A stretch of DNA of 64,000 nucleotides, taken from the NCBI GenBank assembly GCA_016204695.1, contig JACQKD010000009.1, positions 11,710 through 75,709 of the forward strand. Direction: 5' to 3'. The notes under the pieces were generated by a model. The model made no database searches. It was not told the DNA's origin and saw nothing but the letters and a program-made list of their open reading frames with translations. Origin of the DNA: Candidatus Kaiserbacteria bacterium (lineage in GTDB: Bacteria > Patescibacteriota > Minisyncoccia > Phycocordibacterales > UBA918). The translations under genes and the position numbers were made by a program. Positions 1 through 10,628 of the stretch are shown piece by piece (position 1 is the stretch's first letter; each line of letters begins with the position of its first letter).

Positions 1-876
1 CACATACGCGGCACTGAGGTGCGCATAGAGGGTTTGGGTACCATTTGCATGCTTGATCACAATGTAGCTGCCATAGCCGCCGTTCCACCCGGAGCCCTTG
101 CTGATGATGACTTCTCCGTCAGCGGCGGCGTATATCGGAGTGCCGACCCCCGCGGCAAGATCAACGCCGTTGTAGCCGTGGATACCCTGGGTGCGAATGG
201 TGCCCGGCGCGGGATGCGCAAAATATCCGTTGCCGCCGGACGGTGTTTGGGCAAGCGGAACCGGTTTTGAGCCGCTTGGCTTCTTGGGAGCCGGAGGCGG
301 CGCAATCCGCCCGCCCGGCACAACGACGGTCCCTCCGACAACAAGATCGTCCTCGGATGAGAGACCGTTGTACGCCACGATGTCAGCGCGATCACCCTCA
401 TACAGTTTCGCGATCAAAGCCACGGAGTCTCCTTTTTTCACCGTATGACGAACACCGGAAACAGGCAAAATAATGAGGGAATCACCGGGCTTTATAAGAT
501 TGGCGCTTTTCAGGTCATTTGCCCACAAGATGGTATTTGCCGACACGTCGAACATCTCGGCGATCTGCGAGAGCGCGTCTCCTTCTCGTACGATATAGAC
601 ACTGATCGCGCCATTGGACGGCAAAAGGACCGAGCCGGCCGCACCATCAGGCCCTTCCTGCGGGATGAGCGCTCCTTCGTCGACAACGAGATCACCTCCG
701 CCTTTTGAAGGATTGGGATCCGCGTTGGTGGCGGCCTGGAGCAAAGGAAGCGTCTGAATGCTCGCTTGCGACGATGTGTGCGCCGCCTCCGTTTCTTCGA
801 TAAAGACGCCGACTATGGCAGAAAAAACTCCCGCGTGGGCGAAAAACGGGATGGAAAGGAGAATGAGAACGGGCAT
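1..876 (-). CDS. LysM-domain M23 family peptidase, 3'-truncated at the window edge (N-terminal signal peptide, two LysM repeats, M23 catalytic region)
   Basis: Minus-strand reading frame with no in-window stop. Translation from ATG near 876 gives MPVLILLSIPFF (signal peptide), then LysM-like segments (VYIVREGDALSQIAEMF; HTVKKGDSVALIAKLY) and an M23-like GIHGYNGVDLAAGVGTPIYAAADGEVI...GYGSYIVIKH...LYAHL. The six-frame track does not list it because it runs off the edge. Confidence 0.6.
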   Translation of the reverse strand, partial: MPVLILLSIPFFAHAGVFSAIVGVFIEETEAAHTSSQASIQTLPLLQAATNADPNPSKGGGDLVVDEGALIPQEGPDGAAGSVLLPSNGAISVYIVREGDALSQIAEMFDVSANTILWANDLKSANLIKPGDSLIILPVSGVRHTVKKGDSVALIAKLYEGDRADIVAYNGLSSEDDLVVGGTVVVPGGRIAPPPAPKKPSGSKPVPLAQTPSGGNGYFAHPAPGTIRTQGIHGYNGVDLAAGVGTPIYAAADGEVIISKGSGWNGGYGSYIVIKHANGTQTLYAHLSAAYV

Positions 877-1230
877 TGCTTCCGGAAGAAGCAGACGTCT
901 TATGATGCCGTATGTCGTCCGGGTCTTTCGTAGCGAGCTTGCGGGCCGTGTATACGAAGGATCGGAGTCTTGTGAGTTTTGTTCAATACGCGTTTCGAGT
1001 TAGTGGCCCCGGTCGTCCGGTCATGCGGTCATCAAACGGTCCGTCAGCGACGTCTCCGGAAAAGGGTCGCCGAGAGTAATAGTAAGAAAAAGAGGTGTCG
1101 GACGTCAAACGAGATTTACCCAGGCTGAAAAAAGAGGGAAAACCGGGTTTAAAAATATACATATCTTTGACCTATTGACTTTCTTTAAAGTCATTGTGTA
1201 TTTGGTATGCTATAGTGAGCCGGTACTTCT

Positions 1231-3258
1231 ATGGAGCACAGTTTTGACAGTCTCGAAGGACTCAATGAGCGTCAAAAAGAGGCGGTACTCGCAACCGAAG
1301 GCCCCCTGCTTGTACTTGCCGGAGCCGGCTCCGGCAAGACACGCGTGATCACACACCGCATCCTCCACCTCATCGAAAAGGGCATCGCGCCGCAGAACAT
1401 CCTTGCGGTGACGTTTACGAACAAGGCCGCCCGCGAGATGCGCGAGCGGATGCGAGCGCTACTTTCGAATCTGTCGCCAAGCGCGCTCGCCGTCTCGCGG
1501 GCGGCCTACGATGCGCTTCCGTTACTCACAACATTCCACTCCCTCGGCGTCCGCATCCTGCGAGAACATCACGGCCTTTTGGGACTTCGACGACACTTCG
1601 CGATTTATGACCGAAGCGACTCGACGAAAGCCATCAAGCGAGCGCTTGATGAGAGCGGGTACGGCCCCAAAGAGTTTGAACCGCGGCGCATGCTCTCGAT
1701 TATTTCGCATGCGAAGGGGAATGCGATGACGAGAGACTCTTTCGGCGAGGCGACGCGCTCGTATGTCGAAGAAGCCGCGGCGGTCGTCTGGGAGCGGTAT
1801 GAACACATTCTCAAGGAGGAACAGGCACTTGATTTTGACGACCTTTTGCTCAAAACCCTGCGCCTTCTCGAGAATCATCCGGAGACCAAGGCCCACTACC
1901 GATCGCTTTTCCGATATATTCATATTGACGAGTACCAAGATACGAACAAAGTGCAGTACGAAATCGCCCGAGCGCTCGCGGGCGAGATACCGAATATCTG
2001 CGTCGTCGGCGACGCCGACCAGAATATTTACAGTTGGCGCGGCGCCGACATCAGTAACATTCTGCAATTCGAGCGGCATTTCCCGGGGGCTAAAACCATC
2101 CTGCTTGAAGAAAATTATCGCTCGACACAGACCATCATCGCGGCGTCGAACACCATCATCGAGAAAAACAGAAATCGAATCCCCAAGACCGTCTTCACCT
2201 CAAACGCCGAGGGCGAGCCGATCGGACTTTATGTCGGCTACAATCAAGACGAGGAAGCAAACTTCGTGGCGACAACGGCGCAAACGTTGATCGGGCAGGG
2301 TGCGAGCGCCTCGGGAATCGCGGTCCTCTTTCGGACCAATTTCCAGTCGCGGGCGCTCGAAGAGGCATTTCTCGGCCTCGGAGTGCCATATCAAGTGCTC
2401 GGCGTGCGCTTTTTCGAACGTAAGGAGATCAAGGATGTGCTGTCGTTTCTTCGTCTCGCCCTCAATCCCGACAGTACCGGCGATCTTGCCCGCGTCATCA
2501 ACGTACCACCGCGCGGCATCGGCAAAATCACGCTCCTGAAGCTGATCGAGAAAAACCGCAACGGCCTCAACGCCTCCGCCGTCGCGAAAGTCGCCGAATT
2601 CGATGCGATGATGAAGGAGATCGGAGAGTATGCCCGCACCAAGCCGCTCGCGGAAACGCTCCGCTTTATCATGAAGCGCACGGGTATGGAGGATTTACTT
2701 AAGAAGGGCGGCGAAGAGGAGCTTGAGCGGCTCGAAAATCTCCGAGAGCTCGTTTCGCTCGGCGCACAATACGACAATTCGCTCCGCCGGCCGGCGGATG
2801 GCGGATCTCCGGAAGAAGCCGTCGAACAGCTCCTCGAAGACGCGGCCCTGCAGACAGACCAAGACGAGCTGAAAAACGCGAAAGGGGACGAGGACGCGGT
2901 GAAACTGATGACCATTCACGCGGCGAAGGGACTTGAGTTCCAGTACGTATTCATCACCGGTCTCGAAGAAGGTCTCTTTCCGCACGAACGGCTCGCGATC
3001 GACGATCCGAGCGGTCCGCGCACGGACGAGGAAGAAGAACGGCGACTGTTTTACGTCGCGCTCACGCGCGCGCAGAAAAAGGTGTATTTGACATACGCGG
3101 CCCTGCGCACAATCTTCGGCAGTCAGCGGGTAAGTATGCCGTCATCATTCCTCGCGGACCTGAAGGAAGAACATATCGAAGAGTGCAACCCTCTGCCGGC
3201 CGGCGGAGCCGGCGGCGGGTTGCTTTCCGGGTTCGAACGAACTATTTATATTGACTGA
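1231..3258 (+). CDS. pcrA: ATP-dependent DNA helicase, UvrD/PcrA superfamily 1
   Basis: Walker A AGAGSGKTRVITHRI, motif II YIHIDEYQDTN, TIHAAKGLEF and YVALTRAQ helicase motifs. Length 675 aa. Confidence 0.85.
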   Translation: MEHSFDSLEGLNERQKEAVLATEGPLLVLAGAGSGKTRVITHRILHLIEKGIAPQNILAVTFTNKAAREMRERMRALLSNLSPSALAVSRAAYDALPLLTTFHSLGVRILREHHGLLGLRRHFAIYDRSDSTKAIKRALDESGYGPKEFEPRRMLSIISHAKGNAMTRDSFGEATRSYVEEAAAVVWERYEHILKEEQALDFDDLLLKTLRLLENHPETKAHYRSLFRYIHIDEYQDTNKVQYEIARALAGEIPNICVVGDADQNIYSWRGADISNILQFERHFPGAKTILLEENYRSTQTIIAASNTIIEKNRNRIPKTVFTSNAEGEPIGLYVGYNQDEEANFVATTAQTLIGQGASASGIAVLFRTNFQSRALEEAFLGLGVPYQVLGVRFFERKEIKDVLSFLRLALNPDSTGDLARVINVPPRGIGKITLLKLIEKNRNGLNASAVAKVAEFDAMMKEIGEYARTKPLAETLRFIMKRTGMEDLLKKGGEEELERLENLRELVSLGAQYDNSLRRPADGGSPEEAVEQLLEDAALQTDQDELKNAKGDEDAVKLMTIHAAKGLEFQYVFITGLEEGLFPHERLAIDDPSGPRTDEEEERRLFYVALTRAQKKVYLTYAALRTIFGSQRVSMPSSFLADLKEEHIEECNPLPAGGAGGGLLSGFERTIYID

Positions 3259-3270
3259 CATGATCGAGAT

Positions 3271-4086
3271 ATGCATACACACATTTTCGCAAAAAAATCC
3301 CTCGGACAACATTTCCTCAAGAATCCGAAGGTTGTTGAAAAGATGATCGAGGCCGCCGGATTACGGCACAGCGACCTCGTACTCGAAATCGGTCCTGGAA
3401 CAGGAATGCTCACCCGGGGCCTGCTCTCTGCCGGCGCACGCGTCATCGCAATCGAAGCGGACAAACGCGCGGTGGATGTATTGGAAGAGCGCTTTCACAA
3501 GGACACGGAGAGCGGCCAACTTGTAATACACCACGCCGATGTACGGGAAAGAGCATTGGCTGATTTCGTCCCGAAGGATACTTCCTACGTCATTATTGCG
3601 AACATCCCCTATTACCTCTCGGGCATGCTCCTGCGAGAAACACTCTCGGCCGCGCATCAGCCCGAAACGATCGTGTTCCTCGTCCAAAAGGAGGTTGCCG
3701 AACGTATCGCCCGGAGTAAAAAGGAATCGCTGTTGTCATTATCGGTCAAGGTATACGGGGTGCCGCGATACATAGCCACCGTTTCAAAAGGGAATTTCTC
3801 TCCAGCGCCAAAAGTGGACAGTGCGATCCTCGCCATCGAGAACATTTCCCGAAAAAATTTTGAAAATCTCAATGAGGCACGGTTCTTCGAGGTACTGCAC
3901 GCGGGTTTTGCCTCCCGCCGCAAACAACTCGCCGGCAATCTCGCCGCGCTCTGTAAGAGAACCGTACTTTTAGAGCTTTTCGAAACACTCGGGATACCGC
4001 GAAACGCCCGCGGGGAAGATCTCCCGGTCGAGACCTGGCTTATGCTTGCGAAACGACTCACTCACTACGCACAGCCCGCACCATAA
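3271..4086 (+). CDS. rsmA: 16S rRNA (adenine1518/1519-N6)-dimethyltransferase RsmA/KsgA
   Basis: SLGQHFL N-terminus and SAM-binding LEIGPGTGMLT. 271 aa. Confidence 0.85.
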   Translation: MHTHIFAKKSLGQHFLKNPKVVEKMIEAAGLRHSDLVLEIGPGTGMLTRGLLSAGARVIAIEADKRAVDVLEERFHKDTESGQLVIHHADVRERALADFVPKDTSYVIIANIPYYLSGMLLRETLSAAHQPETIVFLVQKEVAERIARSKKESLLSLSVKVYGVPRYIATVSKGNFSPAPKVDSAILAIENISRKNFENLNEARFFEVLHAGFASRRKQLAGNLAALCKRTVLLELFETLGIPRNARGEDLPVETWLMLAKRLTHYAQPAP

Positions 4087-4123
4087 TAGACGCGCACTTT
4101 TGTTATACTGGTTTTGTATTCTA

Positions 4124-5056
4124 ATGAATTTCCCGGGACATGTTAGTAGGAGGGGTGTTTTTCGTATAGGAGGCGCCATCGCATTCGGAGCCGGCATGGT
4201 TGGTGTTGCTTTTTTTGTGAATCATCGCGCTCTACAAACACAGACCGCGACGGTACCCGCGATAGTCGTCGCGCGCGGAGACGTGCGTACCATGCGCCCG
4301 GCTCCGGACAGCGACGGTGACCGCATCCCCGACTGGGAGGAGGCGCTTGAAGGAACCGATCCGCATACCTACACGACCATTGTCGCTTCCACTTCGACGC
4401 CTCCGGTGGAGGACGAACCGTACGAGAGACCGGCCACGCTCACCGGCCGGTTCGCCGAATACTTCCTCAAAGACATCGTCCGTACGGGAGCCGGAAAGGA
4501 TATCACTCCCGAAGACCGGGAAGCACTCGTTAGCCGCTCCGTCAGCACGCTGGCATCGGCTACAGAAGAAAAACTCTACACTCGCGCGGATATCAAAACC
4601 GGCGGGGGAAACGACATGGTTGCGTTGTATGCCTACGGAAATGCCGTCGGAGATATTTTCATCAGGAACAGAGTCGAACGGGAAACCGAGGACAAGTTCA
4701 CAATCCTCAAACGCGCAATGGACGCACACGACCCGGATATTTTAAGGCAGCTTAAGCCGATCGAAGATGCGTACGCGGGTCTCGTCACCGACCTCTTGGC
4801 GCTTGAGACACCGGCAAGTGTCGCGCGTCAGCATGTCGACCTCATCAACGCTCTCTCTATGGTACATACCGACGTGGCCGCGATGGGGAGGGCGCTCGAC
4901 GACCCGCTCGGAACGATGATGTATATCAAGCGATACCAGGATGATGCGCGGGGACTTTCCTATGCGTTCGATCAGGTGCGCGCCGTACTTGAGTCGAGCG
5001 ATATCGCATACGCAAGCGACGAGTCAGGTATTACCTTGTTTCGCTTTCGACCATGA
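4124..5056 (+). CDS. hypothetical membrane-anchored/secreted protein with a DxDxDG calcium-binding (thrombospondin-type-3-like) motif
   Basis: ORF 4046..5056 overlaps the rsmA 3' end. An internal ATG at 4124 precedes a hydrophobic segment IGGAIAFGAGMVGVAFFV, so the start is uncertain. Contains PDSDGDRIPDWEE. Confidence 0.45.
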   Translation: MNFPGHVSRRGVFRIGGAIAFGAGMVGVAFFVNHRALQTQTATVPAIVVARGDVRTMRPAPDSDGDRIPDWEEALEGTDPHTYTTIVASTSTPPVEDEPYERPATLTGRFAEYFLKDIVRTGAGKDITPEDREALVSRSVSTLASATEEKLYTRADIKTGGGNDMVALYAYGNAVGDIFIRNRVERETEDKFTILKRAMDAHDPDILRQLKPIEDAYAGLVTDLLALETPASVARQHVDLINALSMVHTDVAAMGRALDDPLGTMMYIKRYQDDARGLSYAFDQVRAVLESSDIAYASDESGITLFRFRP

Positions 5057-6570
5057 GACGACTCTTTTCACAAACAGACAAGCATACTTCGTGGCTCTTG
5101 CGCACCGCGCTTGGCAGTCTTATGGTGATCATGATAGCCGGAGCCACTCTCACGTTCAAGCCGAAAAAGGCCGAAGCGTACGTCTTAGTGGAAGACGTCG
5201 TAAACTGGGTTGAAAATGCGATATCCGCAATCGCGGAGGTCGCTTCGGAGGCACTGGTCGGTTCTCTTGAATATAAGGAGTATGTTCTCGACGGTATCCT
5301 ATCTGACCTCGCGAAGCTTGCCATGCAGGAAATCACCAACAGCACCATACGGTGGATCAATTCGGGCTTCGAGGGCTCTCCGGCATTCGTCACCGACCTT
5401 GACCAATTTCTCATAAATACCGCCGATAAGGCGGCCGGAGAATTCATCTACGGAAGCAATCTCAATTTCCTCTGCTCACCGTTCCAGCTCGACGTGCGCA
5501 TCGCCTTGCAGTTGAGCTACGACGCGGTCAACCGCGAGAGCGTGGCCCGATGTTCATTGAGCGAGGTGGTGGGTAATGTCGACAATTTCTTCAACGATCC
5601 GTTCGCCGGCGGCATCGACGGGTGGTTTGCGCTCACGGTGCTTCCGAGCAACAACTTCTTCAGTGCGTATGACATTTCGACGGAAGCCATGCTTGCGAAT
5701 ATCGCCCGCAAAAAAGAGATCAACATCACGGAACTCGCGTGGGGAAGCGGCTTCCTCTCAAAGAAAGAGTGCCATCCGGTGATAGACACGCGGAATGGAA
5801 GCGAGACGCAGGAGTGCGGTACCGTCACACCAGGCGATACTATTTCCGAAGCATTGACATTCGAGCTCTCGACCGGCTCACGTACGCTTCTTGAGGCCGA
5901 CGAGATCAACGAGGTCATCTCGGCACTCTTTACCCAACTTTCACTCAAAGCGCTCGAAGGTGCCGGGGGTCTCCTTGGACTTACAAAATCGGAGGAAGGG
6001 CAGGGGGGGACTTCATACATCGACAGAATCAACGATCCTCGATTTGACCGCGTGCCGGGATCAAGCACCATCGAGAGCGCCGCGATGGGCAATGCAATCA
6101 AGAGCGAACAGCAATACCGGGACCTCTATGCGGGACTCGTATCGCGAGCGGACGCGATCCTTGAGCGGATCAAGTATTGGGAGGCGCTTGCGGCAAAGAA
6201 AAGTGACAAAGAAAAATGGGTGTGCTCCGACTTGGACTCTCTCCGCGACCAGGCCACCCAGATACGCGAGGGCGCGTTAGAGAAACAAGGAGTCGCCGAT
6301 AAGAACCTTGCCGTACTGCGTGATCTCGAAGCGCGCGAGCAGACCTCGAAGGTGAATTCCACCGGCTCGAGCACGGCGGGGGAAGAGCGACTGCGCGTCG
6401 CCGAGGAATTCGTCGCACTCCAGCGAAGCGGCACGCTCCATAGCGCCACCAACTTCCCGCGAGACAAGAAAACCGTCGAACCTATAGAGCAGGCGCTCAC
6501 GCAGATTGCGGCCCAGGTCGAATCTTCATGTCAGAAAGTCGCGGAATCGGCGGAAACCGACGACGAATAA
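5053..6570 (+). CDS. hypothetical protein with an N-terminal signal/anchor helix (505 aa), first gene of the tightly coupled operon
   Basis: ATGA overlap with the upstream gene. N-terminal hydrophobic LLRTALGSLMVIMIAGATLTF. No recognised catalytic motif. Confidence 0.5.
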   Translation: MRRLFSQTDKHTSWLLRTALGSLMVIMIAGATLTFKPKKAEAYVLVEDVVNWVENAISAIAEVASEALVGSLEYKEYVLDGILSDLAKLAMQEITNSTIRWINSGFEGSPAFVTDLDQFLINTADKAAGEFIYGSNLNFLCSPFQLDVRIALQLSYDAVNRESVARCSLSEVVGNVDNFFNDPFAGGIDGWFALTVLPSNNFFSAYDISTEAMLANIARKKEINITELAWGSGFLSKKECHPVIDTRNGSETQECGTVTPGDTISEALTFELSTGSRTLLEADEINEVISALFTQLSLKALEGAGGLLGLTKSEEGQGGTSYIDRINDPRFDRVPGSSTIESAAMGNAIKSEQQYRDLYAGLVSRADAILERIKYWEALAAKKSDKEKWVCSDLDSLRDQATQIREGALEKQGVADKNLAVLRDLEAREQTSKVNSTGSSTAGEERLRVAEEFVALQRSGTLHSATNFPRDKKTVEPIEQALTQIAAQVESSCQKVAESAETDDE

Positions 6571-6573
6571 CGT

Positions 6574-8727
6574 ATGAAATACCTCCGTATACATAGACCA
6601 TGGATGCTCATCCTCCTCGTCGGGGTACTTCTTGCGACACCGCTCGTGACATACGCCGCGTTCAGCTTAAGCGGCATCATCATCGCGGTTGTAGGCAACC
6701 TTTCGACGATTGCCATGTTCCTCTTCAATGCCGCCGTGGACTGGTTCGTGCTCCGCATGGGCGCGCTCATCACCGGCACGGGCGCGAGCGGCGGTGTCGG
6801 CATCGGCACCAGCATCGACGTGGTGTGGAAGATCGTGCGAGATCTCGTGAACCTCACCTTCATCTTCGGTCTCGTCTATGTCGGATTCAAGACTATTCTC
6901 GACGCGGGCACGGACACCAAGAAGATGCTCGCATCCATTATTGTGAGCGCGCTTCTCGTCAATTTCAGCTTGTTCATCAGCAAGGTGGTTATCGACATCT
7001 CAAATATCACCGCGGTGGAGATATACCGCGCCATGCAGATCGCTCCGGACCAGACCGCCGGGACAAACCTCAAAGATCAGACTATCGGCGACGCCTTCCT
7101 TATTCGCATGGGCATCAAACAGCTCTTCACTGTCCCGAATGCGAAAAACGAATTAATCGCCAAAAATGCCGGCGATGCAAAAGAAGGTGCCGACACCTAT
7201 CTCGCCTATATCATCGGCGCGTCTCTCTTCGTCATCGTTGCGGCATTCGTCTTTGCCGCCGGAGCGATTCTTCTTGCGATACGCTTCGGCGTACTGATCA
7301 TACTCATGATCCTTTCGCCGATCGCATTCGCCGCGACCGTCTTCCCCGCATTCAAGGCATGGCGGGACAAATGGTGGCATACACTCTTCAGTCAGGCGTT
7401 TTTCGCTCCTGCCTATCTCTTCATGCTCTACATCACGCTCCAAGTCGCCAACGGCTATCGGAGCCAGATGAAAACATTCGACGGCCTGTATGATCCCAAC
7501 CTCTTCAAAGAAGGATTCGCCACCGCTGCCTTCTTCTGCCTCACCATTGTGCTCATGATCGCCTCCCTCATCATCGCCAAGCAAATGGGCGCCTACGGCG
7601 CCGCCCGGGCGGTGTCGTATCTTTCCAAAGCAGGCAGTTACGCCGGAAATAAGGTCCTGCGCGGCACACTCTACCCCATGCGCCTCGGCGCAAGAGCCGC
7701 CATATATCCGGTACGCGCCGGCGGCCGCGCGGCTGTCCGCGAGGCTTCGCGTATCGTGCGTAAAGCAGAATTTGCGGAGGGAAAAGTGGCAAGCACCATA
7801 CGGAAGATTCCGTTTGTAACAACAGCCCTGCAAAAAGCGGGTACCGCGGCAAATACCTATGCAGCGCAACGTAGAGCGGAGTTCGGAAAACTGCGCACCA
7901 GCCAGAAGAAGCATCTGCTTGATTCCTTCGGCTCACGATTTACTCCACTTGATCGCCTTGCGATATATCAGGCATTTCAGGATTCGAACGACCTCGACGA
8001 GCTGACCCCGGACCAGATTCGAGACTACCGCGAACTCTCAAATAAGTACGAGGTTAGCCAGCTTGCCCTTAATCGGTTGCGTCCGGACGTAGTGATCGAA
8101 AAGAAAACGGGCGAAGAGCTCAAGGAGCTTCACAAGAAGAGGGTTGGTTACATCAAGCTTCCCAGTGATTTTACTGCCCTCCATAAAGTAATCGTCGACA
8201 GGACGGCAAAGGACGGCGTGAATAACCGCAATGAGAGCGTCAATGCGATGCTCGATGCCATGATAGAGACATTCAACGGAGGCATTTTCGCCGCGGCCGG
8301 CCGCCGAGGAGATAACGTCAGTCTAGAGTTGTTCACACGACTACGTCAGCGTGTCAAGGATGAAGGTCTCGATAACAAGCGCGCGGAAAGTTATGTCACC
8401 TTCTTCGAGAAACTCGCTACAGATGAGGAGGAAAAAGGAGAAAAAGCTAACAGAGACTTTATACAACGCAATCGGTCAGCTGCGGATGAGTTCAGAAAGG
8501 GAATGATGGCCCGTCTGATCAACATTCTCCCCGTGGAATCGGCGGGACAAGGAAATCCCCAAAGCGGAGGAAACTCCGGTGGTGGAAATACAGGTCAACA
8601 ACAGGGCAGGCGAGCGCAGGGCAATCAGCGACGAGGACCCAATGTCAGCGGCAGACCGGTGCAACCGACTCCGGCACAACCCACAAACGGCGAGACTGAC
8701 GACCAAGACAACGAGATGATGACTTGA
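6574..8727 (+). CDS. polytopic inner-membrane protein (about 8 predicted helices) with a low-complexity C-terminus; candidate VirB6/TrbL-like channel component
   Basis: Many long hydrophobic segments in the first ~350 aa. A Gly/Gln-rich tail follows. Operon context includes a VirB4-like ATPase. The family assignment is an inference. Confidence 0.45.
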   Translation: MKYLRIHRPWMLILLVGVLLATPLVTYAAFSLSGIIIAVVGNLSTIAMFLFNAAVDWFVLRMGALITGTGASGGVGIGTSIDVVWKIVRDLVNLTFIFGLVYVGFKTILDAGTDTKKMLASIIVSALLVNFSLFISKVVIDISNITAVEIYRAMQIAPDQTAGTNLKDQTIGDAFLIRMGIKQLFTVPNAKNELIAKNAGDAKEGADTYLAYIIGASLFVIVAAFVFAAGAILLAIRFGVLIILMILSPIAFAATVFPAFKAWRDKWWHTLFSQAFFAPAYLFMLYITLQVANGYRSQMKTFDGLYDPNLFKEGFATAAFFCLTIVLMIASLIIAKQMGAYGAARAVSYLSKAGSYAGNKVLRGTLYPMRLGARAAIYPVRAGGRAAVREASRIVRKAEFAEGKVASTIRKIPFVTTALQKAGTAANTYAAQRRAEFGKLRTSQKKHLLDSFGSRFTPLDRLAIYQAFQDSNDLDELTPDQIRDYRELSNKYEVSQLALNRLRPDVVIEKKTGEELKELHKKRVGYIKLPSDFTALHKVIVDRTAKDGVNNRNESVNAMLDAMIETFNGGIFAAAGRRGDNVSLELFTRLRQRVKDEGLDNKRAESYVTFFEKLATDEEEKGEKANRDFIQRNRSAADEFRKGMMARLINILPVESAGQGNPQSGGNSGGGNTGQQQGRRAQGNQRRGPNVSGRPVQPTPAQPTNGETDDQDNEMMT

Positions 8728-8733
8728 TGACAT

Positions 8734-9459
8734 ATGAAAGATTTTTCCGACAACGAAATACGAACGGCATACAAAGCAACGAGTGACACCGTGCGCGACG
8801 TGATCTTTTCGACCACGACCACCGCCACCATCGGCGCGATTTCGGCACAGAATGGAATTCCGGAGGATAAAATGTACTTGGTTGCCGAAGAAGTATTATT
8901 TGCGCTTATTGGCCTTACCGGACCGCATGAAGTGGCTCCTCGACTGCAAGAGCGGCTGGGTATTGACCCCCTGCGGGCGCAACAGATCGCCCACAGTATC
9001 TTCGTTGAGATCTTTGATCGCAACAAGATCGCCATGTCGGCCCTCCCGCAAACCGCACCGGCACAACCCCCAATACCTGCCGCTATAGAAAGAAATCCGG
9101 CGACGATATCTGCCGCCACTCCGCAACAAATGACTCCTCGACCGACACCGCAACCCGCGCCACAACCCCCGCGACCTACACAATCCATACAACCCCCGCG
9201 GCCCGTACCACAACAAGCGCCGCCCTCCGCACAACCCATACTCGCCCCGATACCTCGGCCGGCCGCGCCGCCGCCCGCATGGACGCATGTGCAGACACGA
9301 CCGCAACCGCCGCAGAGCGCACCGCCGACCAATCTGCCTACGCAGGCGCCCGCGACTCCACCAATACCTTCTTATCAAAAGCCGCTCACACAAGTCCCGG
9401 AATATCGAAACGCAAATCTCTACCAGAAGCCGCATGACGGTGCGCCGCAGGGAAGGTAG
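8734..9459 (+). CDS. hypothetical protein with a ~100-aa N-terminal domain and a proline-rich (PQPxP) C-terminal half
   Basis: Low-complexity PQPAPQPPRPTQSIQPPRPVPQQAPP region. Tightly spaced in the operon. Confidence 0.4.
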   Translation: MKDFSDNEIRTAYKATSDTVRDVIFSTTTTATIGAISAQNGIPEDKMYLVAEEVLFALIGLTGPHEVAPRLQERLGIDPLRAQQIAHSIFVEIFDRNKIAMSALPQTAPAQPPIPAAIERNPATISAATPQQMTPRPTPQPAPQPPRPTQSIQPPRPVPQQAPPSAQPILAPIPRPAAPPPAWTHVQTRPQPPQSAPPTNLPTQAPATPPIPSYQKPLTQVPEYRNANLYQKPHDGAPQGR

Positions 9460-9500
9460 GACGTCATTCTGCACCCATCGAACCACATGCGACGCGCTCG

Positions 9501-9950
9501 GTGTGTATAATGGAGAGAACCTGTATGCGTTTTGAAGTGCCGCAATTTATCGATGTGGAGGATAAAATATTCGGTCCTTTCACTTGGAAGCAATTCGTCT
9601 ATATCGCCGGTGGCGCGGGTGCGGGCATTATGCTATACATGACTCTCCCATTCCCCCTTTTCATAGTGGTCGCCGGACCGATAGGAGCGCTTGCGGCGGG
9701 ACTGGCGTTCTACCCGGTCAACAACCGGCCGCTGGCGCTCTTCCTTGAAGCGGTGGTGCACTACATAAGCTCGACCCGCCTCTACATATGGAAAAAACAG
9801 GACACTCCGCCCGTCGCATCTTCTCCCGAAGGAGCGCCGCCGATCTACACACTGCCGACGACCAACAAGATCGCGAGTCTCTCCCGGCAACTTGAGCTCA
9901 ATGCGCTCCAAAAAGGTCTGCCGAAAGACCCCGGAGACGAGCCGCTGTAA
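9501..9950 (+). CDS. small two-helix membrane protein (VirB3/PrgI-like position, immediately upstream of VirB4)
   Basis: Hydrophobic core FVYIAGGAGAGIMLYMTLPFPLFIVVAGPIGALAAGLAFY. Its gene order relative to VirB4 matches VirB3-like proteins. No sequence-level proof. Confidence 0.4.
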   Translation: MCIMERTCMRFEVPQFIDVEDKIFGPFTWKQFVYIAGGAGAGIMLYMTLPFPLFIVVAGPIGALAAGLAFYPVNNRPLALFLEAVVHYISSTRLYIWKKQDTPPVASSPEGAPPIYTLPTTNKIASLSRQLELNALQKGLPKDPGDEPL

Positions 9951-9968
9951 TTTTTTCAATCAACACTC

Positions 9969-10616
9969 ATGGCAAGCAGTACGCCCGCAACCCAACAATT
10001 CGTTCCGCTCCGGGAGATCCGGGACGGTATCGTCGTTCTCAAAGACGGCGGTATGCGGGCGGTGCTCATGGCCTCGTCCGTAAACTTCGCGCTGAAATCG
10101 CAGGATGAACAGCACGCCATCCTCGCCCAGTTCCAGGCATTTCTCAATACACTCGACTTTTCCCTCCAGATATACGTCCAATCGCGCAAACTGAATATCC
10201 AACCCTATCTTGAGCTCCTGCGCAGTCGCGAAAAAGATCAGGACAACGACCTCATGCGGATACAACTGCGGGAATACATCGGATTCATCGAGAATTTCAC
10301 GAACGAAGTTGATATCATGACCAAGAGCTTCTTCGTCGTCGTGCCGTACACCGGCGGAGCGATACGCGTCAAAGGAGGTATCGGCGGCATGTTGAAGGGA
10401 AGTCTCTCTAAGGATGCGGCCGCCACACAGCGGCGTTTCGAGGAGGACCGCATGCAGATCGAACAGCGCATCGCGGTGGTCGAACAAGGACTCGCGCACG
10501 TCGGCGTCCGCACCGTACTTTTGGGAACAAACGAGCTCGTCGAGCTTTTCTACCATATTTTCAACCCGGGAGAGACCAATCAGGCATTACCGGTGTCGGA
10601 CACACGGACGAGGTGA
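9969..10616 (+). CDS. VirB4/TrbE/CagE N-terminal domain protein (separate ORF)
   Basis: FVPLREIRDGIVVLKDGGMRAVLMASSVNFALKSQDEQ resembles the N-terminal region of VirB4-family ATPases. It lies in the same frame as the next ORF, separated from it by TGA-TAA. Confidence 0.55.
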   Translation: MASSTPATQQFVPLREIRDGIVVLKDGGMRAVLMASSVNFALKSQDEQHAILAQFQAFLNTLDFSLQIYVQSRKLNIQPYLELLRSREKDQDNDLMRIQLREYIGFIENFTNEVDIMTKSFFVVVPYTGGAIRVKGGIGGMLKGSLSKDAAATQRRFEEDRMQIEQRIAVVEQGLAHVGVRTVLLGTNELVELFYHIFNPGETNQALPVSDTRTR

Positions 10617-10628
10617 TAAAGCAATGAT

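Noticed and set aside
6600-7493. 297-aa Arg/His-rich ORF on the plus strand inside the polytopic membrane protein gene
   Set aside because: It is an alternative frame of a GC-rich real gene. Its composition (R, H, C runs) is not protein-like.
8625-9332. 235-aa Gly/Cys-rich minus-strand ORF
   Set aside because: Antisense frame of the proline-rich gene (CCN codons read as GGN). Low complexity and no start context.
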